NCBI GenBank assembly: GCA_043803945.1
Contig: JAZDJN010000087.1
Coordinates: forward strand, 160,001 to 224,000
DNA: 64,000 bases
Source: a bacterium
Lineage (GTDB): Bacteria > Bacteroidota > Ignavibacteria > UBA10030
Direction: 5' to 3'
Below the pieces are notes generated by a model. The model worked only from the letters and a program-made list of their open reading frames with translations, had not been told where the DNA came from and did not search any database. Of this stretch, positions 8,968 to 17,840 are shown piece by piece; position 1 is the first letter of the stretch, and every line of letters begins with the position of its first letter. A program made the translations under genes and the position numbers.

Positions 8968-10464
8968 ATGAAAGCTAAAAAACTTTTGATGACGGCATAT
9001 CTTCAACTTGGCTATACGGTCCTTTGCGCCGGCCTTGCTTTCGGGTCCTACAGACTAAGCCGGTACCTGATGAAATGTGCCGGTGGTGGCTGAGGGGCTT
9101 CCCAATTTGGGGGTCTCCCAAACTTCTTTTCAGTATTGTTCACCATTCTTGCCGTTTATTTTGTCCTAGCCGCGATACGTTCTGTATTGCTCTCCATGGC
9201 GGAGGAGAACAAACTTCCTCCTGTCATGCGAACCATCCTCCTGAGCGAGTACAGCCTCATCATTAGTAAATTTCTCGATTGGTTCCGTTTGAAGCGCCGG
9301 CATCTCGTAGTTCGTTTCCTGCTGTGGGGCGTCGGAATACTTTTTCTGGCTCAATTGCTGGCGTCGCTTGTCAGTAATTCGGGGAAGGCTGAGATCATTC
9401 CGAATTACGTTCCATGGGAAGATCCACCGTTAGTCCGTTCTCGGGTGGTAACACTTCCTCTCATGGCATCGAATTCTCCGGAAACATATTTGCCTCATTG
9501 CATTACGCTTGTGGATCAGCTCAAAGCTGCCGGAGCAAAACTTGTGGTTGTCGATTACAGAGGCATTCATCCGGATGTCAACGGTCCAGTATTTGACTAT
9601 ACAAAGCGGCTCATGGAAACCGGTATCGTCATTTTTGCAGTGGAACCTCAATGGCGCGGACTCGAATCGAATTTCCCGTTGGCTGAATTTTCAATCGATG
9701 CCGATGTCGCACGCTATGGCCGCATCCATAGATTTACACCGACCGGTGCCGGGAACCATGGAGATGTTCTCATCGAACTCCTTCGGCGAGCGCATCAATA
9801 TCCCGACAGTATGCGGGTGACCATCAAGAAAGAATTCTTCGCCTTCGGCGACTATGCTTTCCCCTGTGATTCTGAAGGCTCGTTTTATATGGATCTGAAT
9901 AATCTGCGGATTACCTCCGATGCAGAGTTGAATCCGGTTCGGGTCATTGAGAAGCCTACCACCCATGAATTGGACTATTATAGCAGTGGCAATTGGTACA
10001 CACCCGATACCACACGATCACCGCTTCTCAACAAGTATGCAAAACGATATAAAGATAAATTTGTACTGTTGCTGAACGAAAACTTCCCCGAACGGCCATA
10101 CCCATATTTTCTCAGTAGCTGCTATCCGCTCGCGTTTGCATCTCTGCAACAGGGGATGCAACCATTTGTGCAATCGAAGTGGCTGCATTATGGGTTTGCT
10201 ATACTCTTCATGCTTCTGATCGGTGTGGTGTGTTACCGGTTGCGACTGAGCTTCGCCATTCCGTTTGTGCTGATACTCACCCTCGGATCATTCTATGCAA
10301 TCGACTGGCTGCTCTACCGCCAGCACATCTTTGTCCAGATGCTGCCATTAACGTTTTCCATCGTCTTAACAACGATAGTGTTTCCTTTGCTCAAGTTTGC
10401 GTTCGATCATTCTGTACAAAAACAGGCCAGCACAAATACAAATGTCGATTCAATAACACAATAA
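8968..10464 (+). CDS. CHASE2-like membrane sensor protein (498 aa with read-through), in-frame TGA at codon 42 (9091-9093) in C-A-G-G-G-U-G; putative selenoprotein
   Basis: ATG 8968 with AGAGG RBS gives MKAKKLLMTAYLQLGYTVLCAGLAFGSYRLSRYLMKCAGGG*GASQFGGLPNFFSVLFTILAVYF..., in frame with ORF 9136-10464. QLKAAGAKLVVVD is CHASE2-like; three C-terminal TM helices. Confidence 0.75.
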
Positions 10465-10482
10465 TACTCCAAGAAGGTGCGT

Positions 10483-11967
10483 ATGAAAATCGATCACTAT
10501 GTGAAGTCAGCCTATATCCAGTTTGGGTTCTTTCTCGCAAGCGGCGGTATGGCCTACGGCACACACAAACTTGGCCGCTATCTCATGCAGTGCTCCGGCG
10601 GCGGCTGAGGATCTTCCTACTATGGGAGTCTCCCATTCAGCCTCAGAACGTTCTTTATCATTCTCACGGTCTATTTCTTCTTTGCGGCAATTCGTTCACT
10701 ACTCCTTTCACTTGCACGTGCCGGGAAACTGCCTCAATGGATGGAACTGATTCTCATCAGTGAATACAGAATCATTCTTACGAATTTTCTCAACTGGTGC
10801 AGGCGGCAGCAGCGAAAACTCTGGGTCCAGTATGTATGCTGGAGTGTGGTCATCGTAGTCTTTGCTGTGAGTATTGCAACGACTGTCAGGAACAGGAAAG
10901 TCGGCCGGTATGAACATACCGAAAGCATCGCTCTCTGGCCTGACCAACCCATCATGAACCCCTCCCTGATGAGTATCGATGTTTATGACTGCACCAATGA
11001 TGAGGCATATCTCGCTAACTGTCTCGACATGGTCGAGCAATTAAAGCAGGCGGGTACAAAAGCCGTTGTGGTCGATTGCAGATATATTTACCCGTTGGCC
11101 AGTCCCCGCATTACCGAGTATTACCGATCACTCCATGAAACCGGCGTGGTGATTTTTGGCGTAGACGGAGACTGGAGGCCAATTGATACCAATTTCACCG
11201 CTGTTGAAGTTACCGCCAATTTCGACTTGACCCGCTATGGACGAATCCACCGCTTTCTCGCAAGCGGGTATGGCGGATACCCCGACCTCCTCTTTGAGTT
11301 GCTCAGAAGACATCAGGGATATTCAAAGAATGTTTCGTTTACCGTGAAAAAGGGAATTGCTCAGCTTGGCAACTATACGATTCCTCTTGATAAAGATGAT
11401 TCATTCTCCATGGATATTGACTCCAGAAGAATCGTGGCGTATGAAAAGGTGAGTCCTGTGTATGCCATCATGAGCATAAAAACGGGTAAGCTGGAATATC
11501 ACGGATGGAATTCCTACAACGTTCCCGATCCGAAGGAAAAGCCTCTCCTTGAAACATTTGGCAAACGGTTCAAGGATAAATATGTCATGATCACGAATCA
11601 AAGTAGGTATAACTATAGTATCAACAGTAGTGAGTATGGAAAAATTTATCCTGTTGCATTTGAGAACCTGTTGGCGCACGACACCTTTTTGCCGAAACCG
11701 TGGCTAGAGTACGTCGCTATGGGTCTCTTCCTGTTGCTCTGCGCCACCGCGTGCACATGGCTGCGGTTCAGTTATGCTGTACCCTTAGTTCTTGTTCTCT
11801 ATGGTGGATCGGCATATGTGGTTGACTATCTGCAATTTTTCCAGCACTGGTATTTTCCCGGTGCAGCGTTCAACAATGCGGCAATCGCCTCTTCAATTCT
11901 TTTTCCATTATTACGCTTTCTTGCCGATCACAGGAACAACGAGGAACATCATCCGACGCCCCACTAA
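10483..11967 (+). CDS. CHASE2-like membrane sensor paralog (494 aa with read-through), in-frame TGA at codon 42 (10606-10608) in C-S-G-G-G-U-G; putative selenoprotein
   Basis: ATG 10483 with GAAGG RBS gives MKIDHYVKSAYIQFGFFLASGGMAYGTHKLGRYLMQCSGGG*GSSYYGSLPFSLRTFFIILTVYFFFAAIRSLLLSLARAGKLPQWMELILISEY, in frame with ORF 10741-11967. QLKQAGTKAVVVD and RYGRIHRF are shared with the paralog. Confidence 0.75.
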
Positions 11968-11984
11968 CCAAAAGTAAATGCAGC

Positions 11985-12013
11985 CGAGCCGTACTTTTCA
12001 TGGTTACGGCTCG
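11985..12013. terminator. Hairpin between convergent genes (putative terminator)
   Basis: CGAGCCGTA / TACGGCTCG 9-bp inverted repeat. Confidence 0.5.
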
Positions 12014-12062
12014 TTGAATATTCAACCGGTTCATCTAAGAATTTAATTTTCTTAACGACGAC

Positions 12063-12836
12063 TCACTGCTTTTCTTTAATCCACTCCAACACCCTCTCCA
12101 TTAACTCATCCGTTAAGCCGTGGCCTGCATCGAATTCCAATGTTGTCACATCGTATCCCTGCTTAGTAAAAAATTCTTTTTGAGCATTGAAGTGGTTCTT
12201 TCCAACCTGATTATCGCTTCTTCCCCGTGCGATAAACATCTTTACTCGTCGGGCGTTGGTAATATCGCCGGAATGCACAACGGCTCCCTCGTTGTCGATC
12301 TCCGGCATACTACCCGCAATGGCTGCAACACCGCGGATCAATCCTGGATTTCGCAAACCGGTCATATACGCCAGCGATGCCCCCTGGGAAAAACCAAAGA
12401 CAAACACGTTCCCGATTGAATACTGTTTGGAAATTGCGTTGATCGTTTCAAGAAGGTTCGAGATACTTAACGTGTCGAACTTCTCCCAGAGATTTTTGTT
12501 GCCGGTCTCATAGTACCATGAATATCCGCCGGAGAGCCTCGGATACTGTCCATCCAGAAATGCAACAAGGATTTGCTCTTTGGCATATCGCGCAAATGCA
12601 GATGAAAGGCCCTCCGCATTCCCCCCGTTGCCATGCAGGCCAAGCAGCAGTGTATAACTTTTGGTGGGATCATACGATTGAGGAAGTTTCAGCAGAATCC
12701 GCTGCATCCTGTGAGCCTTTGCATACACAATGACATCTTGGCCACCGCCGTGCAGAGGAGCCTCCGGCCCCGTGAAGGCACAAGCGTTAGCCGCTATCAT
12801 TCCCAGCACACATAGAATCAGCATTGAGGTTTTCAT
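12063..12836 (-). CDS. Exported alpha/beta hydrolase (phospholipase/carboxylesterase family)
   Basis: LHGNGG, GFSQG nucleophile elbow, D...GH; signal peptide from MKTSML (12836). Confidence 0.85.
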   Translation of the reverse strand: MKTSMLILCVLGMIAANACAFTGPEAPLHGGGQDVIVYAKAHRMQRILLKLPQSYDPTKSYTLLLGLHGNGGNAEGLSSAFARYAKEQILVAFLDGQYPRLSGGYSWYYETGNKNLWEKFDTLSISNLLETINAISKQYSIGNVFVFGFSQGASLAYMTGLRNPGLIRGVAAIAGSMPEIDNEGAVVHSGDITNARRVKMFIARGRSDNQVGKNHFNAQKEFFTKQGYDVTTLEFDAGHGLTDELMERVLEWIKEKQ

Positions 12837-13075
12837 AAGCTTATCCCTTCTGATGTTCACACAATCAGTTCCTGCACTACAATACTCCAGCGGAACATAG
12901 ACAATCCCGCTTTCATAAGACAGTATATTTTGATAAACAGTACGAGACTCAGGATAAGCGGTCGTTGTGAGTGATAAAACTTTCTTTTTCTTGCTTGTTT
13001 GTCGGTTTCTGCCAATATTCTTCAACGATTTTACCCTTACAGAAATCTGGCCCCCAACACTATTTGGAGAACCTC

Positions 13076-15280
13076 ATGAGACTGGCGCTCTGCGTGTACC
13101 TCGCATTCATCGTCCAACTCGCCACTTCACAGCCAACCTCTACCACCCAAGAACTGGAAGCAACATTTCGATCATTCCCAAAACCCGAGAACATCCGAAG
13201 CTATGTACAAAAGATGTCTGTCCGGCCTCATCATGTGGGTACAGCGTACACTAGAGAAATTGTTGATTGGATGAAAGCAACCATTACACAATGGGGACTG
13301 AATGCACGGGTTGACACATTCGAGGTGCTTTTTCCAACACCGAAGGAACGCATCGTTGAGTTGGTGGAGCCGACAAGGTTCAAAGCAAAACTCCAGGAAC
13401 CGATCGTTACCAAAGATCAAACATCGGTTCACCAGAACGAACAGCTTCCCACCTATAACGCCTACTCCATCGATGGAGATGTTATGGCGCCCCTGGTCTA
13501 TGTGAACTATGGAATTACCGAAGATTACCAACAGCTTGAACGCCTTGGAATCTCCGTGAAAGGCTGTATTGTCATTGCCCGCTATGGTGCCTCGTGGCGC
13601 GGCATCAAACCGAAACTTGCTGCAGAGCATGGAGCGGTCGGGTGTATCATCTATTCCGATCCTCGGGACGATGGATACTTTCAGGGCGACATGTTTCCCG
13701 ATGGACCCTTTCGACCGCGTGACGGTGTGCAGCGAGGCAGCGTGATGGATATGCCGCTCTACCCGGGCGATCCGCTCACACCCGGTATCGGTGCAACAGC
13801 CGGTGCTCAACGGCTCGATTTGAAAGAAGTGAAAACACTCACCAGAATTCCGGTGCTTCCCATTTCCTTCGCCGACGCACAACCCCTGCTTGCTGCGCTG
13901 ACAGGACCTGTTGCTCCCGAGTCGTGGCGCGGTGCGTTGCCAATAACCTATCACATCGGCGTCGGGCCGGCAAAAGTCCGGCTCAAGGTCAACTCAAACT
14001 GGGAATTGAAAAAAATCTATGACGTGATTACGACAATCCCCGGATCGGTATTTCCCAACGAATGGATTCTCCGCGGCAACCATCACGATGCATGGGTGTA
14101 CGGCACACAGGATCCGGTGTCGGGTGTGGCCGCAATGCTGGAAGAGCTGCATTCCTATTCTGAATTGATCAAGCGGGGATGGAAGCCGAAACGGACCATT
14201 ATCTACGGTGCATGGGATGGTGAAGAACCCGGATTGCTTGGTTCCACAGAATGGGCCGAGGCGCACGCCGACGAACTGCGGCAAAAGGCGGTACTGTATA
14301 TTAATACCGATTCAAACGGACGCGGTTTTCTTGGAATGTCCGGCTCACACTTGCTAGAACGGTTCATGAATGCTGTTGCCAAAGATATTGAGGATCCGGA
14401 AAAGAAGATTTCTGTTCATCAGCGAGCGCGGCACCTGCGTCTTGCTCAAGCGCAATCTACAGAAGAGCGCGCAGAGATCCGGCAGCGGGCAGACCTTCGC
14501 ATCGGCGCACTCGGATCCGGTTCCGACTACACGGTCTTTTTCGATCACCTCGGCATTGCTTCGCTCAACCTCGGCTATGGCGGCGAAGACGAGGGTGGCA
14601 TTTATCATTCTATCTATGACGATCTTTTCTGGTACCAGAATTTTTCCGATGCTGGTTATTCCTATGGCTGCACCCTTGCCCAAACGGTCGGTACTGCTGT
14701 GCTGCGTGCAGCGGACGCCGAACTCCTGCCGTTCCACTTCACGAACTTCTTGGAAACAGTCCGGCGCTATCAGGAGGAACTAAAACGATTATTGAAATCC
14801 ATGCAGGATCAGATTCACGAACGCAATACGCAACTGCAGGAAGGAGTGTTCTCCTCCATTGCCGATCCGAAGGAAGTCTCTGTTCCTCCATCATTTGAAG
14901 AGCTGCCGCCCCATCTCAACTTTTCTCCTTTGGAGAACAGCATCGACGCTCTGGCGCGAAGTGTTGAACAGCTCGAGAAACGATTATCCAGGAACGATCA
15001 TCTCTCCGTTGAGAAGATCAGAACAATCAATCGCAAACTCCTTCAGGCTGAACGTGTACTCACTCATCCGGACGGACTTATCGGAAGGCCCTGGTTTAAG
15101 CATATGATTTATGCGCCGGGATTCTACACGGGATACGGCGTAAAAACGCTGCCGGGTATACGGGAAGCAATTGAGCAGAAACGATGGAGTGAAGCAGAAC
15201 AGGAAATTTCACGCGTTGCCCTTGTGCTGAACAATGAGGCCGGCTTGATCAATTCCATTGCTGATGAACTTGAGAAATAG
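13076..15280 (+). CDS. M28 peptidase, glutamate carboxypeptidase II/PSMA-like (PA and TfR dimerisation domains)
   Basis: GNHHDAW, DPVSG, WDGEEPGLLGSTEW, GSGSDY, YHSIYDD, RPWFKHMIYAPG. Confidence 0.95.
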   Translation: MRLALCVYLAFIVQLATSQPTSTTQELEATFRSFPKPENIRSYVQKMSVRPHHVGTAYTREIVDWMKATITQWGLNARVDTFEVLFPTPKERIVELVEPTRFKAKLQEPIVTKDQTSVHQNEQLPTYNAYSIDGDVMAPLVYVNYGITEDYQQLERLGISVKGCIVIARYGASWRGIKPKLAAEHGAVGCIIYSDPRDDGYFQGDMFPDGPFRPRDGVQRGSVMDMPLYPGDPLTPGIGATAGAQRLDLKEVKTLTRIPVLPISFADAQPLLAALTGPVAPESWRGALPITYHIGVGPAKVRLKVNSNWELKKIYDVITTIPGSVFPNEWILRGNHHDAWVYGTQDPVSGVAAMLEELHSYSELIKRGWKPKRTIIYGAWDGEEPGLLGSTEWAEAHADELRQKAVLYINTDSNGRGFLGMSGSHLLERFMNAVAKDIEDPEKKISVHQRARHLRLAQAQSTEERAEIRQRADLRIGALGSGSDYTVFFDHLGIASLNLGYGGEDEGGIYHSIYDDLFWYQNFSDAGYSYGCTLAQTVGTAVLRAADAELLPFHFTNFLETVRRYQEELKRLLKSMQDQIHERNTQLQEGVFSSIADPKEVSVPPSFEELPPHLNFSPLENSIDALARSVEQLEKRLSRNDHLSVEKIRTINRKLLQAERVLTHPDGLIGRPWFKHMIYAPGFYTGYGVKTLPGIREAIEQKRWSEAEQEISRVALVLNNEAGLINSIADELEK

Positions 15281-15446
15281 AGCTAGCGGTGAAGAGTGCG
15301 GCAACAAACAATGGAGGCTCCTGAATTCACATATTGAATGCCGGAGGAACACTCTGATTCAAAATTACATTCCATAGATAGTTGATAACTGAAAACCGGC
15401 TGCGTATATTTACTCTTCAAATATTCATCTGAACGAGATACACTCT

Positions 15447-16256
15447 ATGCCATCTTCTGAATACCTTCTTGGCGTAAACCAGGCCGAACTCGAACGGCTG
15501 CGGTTTCAGCATTCGGTTTGGGGTCCGGTGACAAGAAAATTATTCGATCGAGTACAGCTCCAGCAGGGATGGCGTTGCCTTGATGCAGGAGCCGGGCCCG
15601 GATTTGCTGCCATGGATTTGCTGGGACTTGTCGGCGACCAGGGCGAAGTTGCGGTACTTGAACCGTCGGAGTTCTATCTTGACTGGTTTAAGCGTTCCTG
15701 CAGCGATCGGCAGTTGAAGAATATCAAGATTATTCAGGGTACAGCGGAGAATACTCCATTCCCTCAACGATATTACGATTTCATTTTTATCCGCTGGGTC
15801 ATCAACTTCGTTGCAGATATCGAAGCCTTTCTTACACCCCTTGTTTCCTCCCTCAAAATGGGCGGTATCCTTGCAATCCAGGATTACTATTATGAAGGGC
15901 TATCCCTCTATCCCCGCGGCGGTGCCTGGGATACCATGCCCGATATTGTTCGAGCCTACTATCGCTCCGGTGGAGGCGATCCATATGCCACGGCAAAGTT
16001 GCCGGAGTTATTTGTAAAATATAATCTCCAACTTGTCGATTTCACACCAAACTGCCTCATTGGCGGACCATTAAGTCCAGTCACTCATTGGGCTGGACAG
16101 TTTTTCACCCATCATACACCGCTTATGGCTGAACGGGGTATCATTACACAAGAAGAGAGCATCTCTCTGATGGCGGACTGGGAGGATCATCGGGAAAATC
16201 CGGAGACGATTTTCTTCTCTCCCATTGTGATGGATGTGGCGGGAAAGCTCATATAG
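15447..16256 (+). CDS. Class I SAM-dependent methyltransferase
   Basis: CLDAGAGPG motif I; YDFIFIRWV; LKMGG. Confidence 0.9.
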   Translation: MPSSEYLLGVNQAELERLRFQHSVWGPVTRKLFDRVQLQQGWRCLDAGAGPGFAAMDLLGLVGDQGEVAVLEPSEFYLDWFKRSCSDRQLKNIKIIQGTAENTPFPQRYYDFIFIRWVINFVADIEAFLTPLVSSLKMGGILAIQDYYYEGLSLYPRGGAWDTMPDIVRAYYRSGGGDPYATAKLPELFVKYNLQLVDFTPNCLIGGPLSPVTHWAGQFFTHHTPLMAERGIITQEESISLMADWEDHRENPETIFFSPIVMDVAGKLI

Positions 16257-16375
16257 ACCTTACAGAACTATGTACAAAGATTATTTTTTCAATTGCAGGA
16301 TAGAATTCCTCTCCTATTAAGCGATAATCAATGCGACATTAGAATTGTAATGATTTTTGTCTGTCGGAGAGCAAC

Positions 16376-17314
16376 TTGAGTTACGAGAGAAAAGTCTTTA
16401 GTGAGCTTGGCCTTCCTAGCCGCGATAAGGTCCTAAAACTTCTATTAACATCTTTGCTGAACCACAAAGGAGTTATTAAAGAGTTCGGATCGGGTAATCA
16501 AGAATTTGTAAATGAACTTGCTGATTCTTTATTATTATCAAAGAAGCAGCGTTCCTTTCTAATGAAAACAATTGTTAGAAAGGAAGGACGTCTCAAAACT
16601 TTTCCGGCTTGGCATCGACTCTTGTTCAGGGCCGCTGATATGGCCGCCAAACAAAAACTTCTAATTCACCCAAAAGATACACTAAAGATTACAGGGCATC
16701 GTGAATGGATGTTAACAGAAAAAGGAATCGATGAAGCACTTCGAATTTCCAAGATCCCTGTTAATCTGAAGCAGGATCTTCCTGTTATTACGTATGAGGT
16801 TTTAAAAGAAAAAAACAAGCTGGAGAAAGCTGAACGGATAGCTAATTATAATCCTATCGATGCTGGAAAAAGGGCAAGGGTGGTTACTAGAGAGTCTCTT
16901 CTACGTACAAGGGGCTTCAGACAAGCCATAATATATGCCTATAATAGTAGTTGTTGTATTTGCGGTTTAAAGCTTCCTTCCCCTTTTTCTTTAACCTGGG
17001 AAGTTGAAGCGGCTCATATAGTGCCTCACCGATTTAATGGAAAGGACGATATTTGGAACGGGATCGCCCTTTGTCGTTTTCATCATTGGTCATTTGATGT
17101 AGGTTGGTTTACTCTACGGCCCGACTTCACAATTGAAATTAACGAACATATCCATCGGGTTCCACCTAACTATGGCTATATGGGAAATTTCGATGTGTTA
17201 CGTCAATTAATAAGACCAAACCAACAAATTAAGTTACCAGAAAGAAAATCTATTGTTCCGCATGAGAATTCTATCATCTGGCACCGTAATAATATTTTTA
17301 GCAAATTGATTTGA
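16376..17314 (+). CDS. HNH endonuclease with N-terminal winged-helix (Mrr_N-like); putative modification-dependent restriction enzyme
   Basis: FRQAIIYAYNSSCCICG...EAAHIVP...NGIALCRFHHWSFD (HNH_2); WMLTEKG wing; AT-rich. Confidence 0.85.
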   Translation: MSYERKVFSELGLPSRDKVLKLLLTSLLNHKGVIKEFGSGNQEFVNELADSLLLSKKQRSFLMKTIVRKEGRLKTFPAWHRLLFRAADMAAKQKLLIHPKDTLKITGHREWMLTEKGIDEALRISKIPVNLKQDLPVITYEVLKEKNKLEKAERIANYNPIDAGKRARVVTRESLLRTRGFRQAIIYAYNSSCCICGLKLPSPFSLTWEVEAAHIVPHRFNGKDDIWNGIALCRFHHWSFDVGWFTLRPDFTIEINEHIHRVPPNYGYMGNFDVLRQLIRPNQQIKLPERKSIVPHENSIIWHRNNIFSKLI

Positions 17315-17329
17315 AAGCTTTGGTGAAAT

Positions 17330-17527
17330 ATGAATACACACAAATATCTTTACTCTATCACATTAACAGATGTCCAACACGTTGCAATGGATACTATAGG
17401 AAGAAAACTCAATCGTAAAGAAATACAACGAATTGTTGATCGATTCCCTGATAAAATTCCTTGGTACGATTCCATTCAAGATACAATTAATGAGGAAATA
17501 GAATTACCCTATATTGTGCCACGATAA
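17330..17527 (+). CDS. Small hypothetical protein
   Basis: 65-aa ORF directly after the HNH gene, plausible composition. Confidence 0.55.
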   Translation: MNTHKYLYSITLTDVQHVAMDTIGRKLNRKEIQRIVDRFPDKIPWYDSIQDTINEEIELPYIVPR

Positions 17528-17601
17528 GCGCTCAACATTGCAAAAGAGATGGCCTTTTTGACCTGGAATGTACAATACGCTCTAAAAATAAAAAGGATCC
17601 A

Positions 17602-17685
17602 GTTACTCCCGCATGCCTTAAGCGGGAATCCGGATATTTGAAAGATAAAGACACTGGACACCCGATAGAAGCATTCGAGTGAGAC
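17602..17685. repeat. Degenerate REPIN-like doublet
   Basis: Left arm GTTACTCCCGCATGCCTTAAGCGGGAATCCGG and right arm CTGGACACCCGATAGAAGCATTCGAGTGAGAC are imperfect inverted copies, each with an internal palindrome. Confidence 0.55.
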
Positions 17686-17840
17686 ATTTTTAGACGACCT
17701 CATGTAAGTGGGATCATTAATAATAATATTCGATCTCAAATGGAATCAGTGAGCAATACAGAATTAAAGAAATTATTCAGGATAATGTAAATGCTTTTTG
17801 CTCATCTTATTACAAATTATTAAGACACTAAATACTGTAA

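Noticed and set aside
9024-10763. Alternative-frame ORFs 9024-9266, 10179-10763 and 10523-10750
   Set aside because: Shadows of the read-through genes; paralog similarity lies only in the 8968 and 10483 frames.
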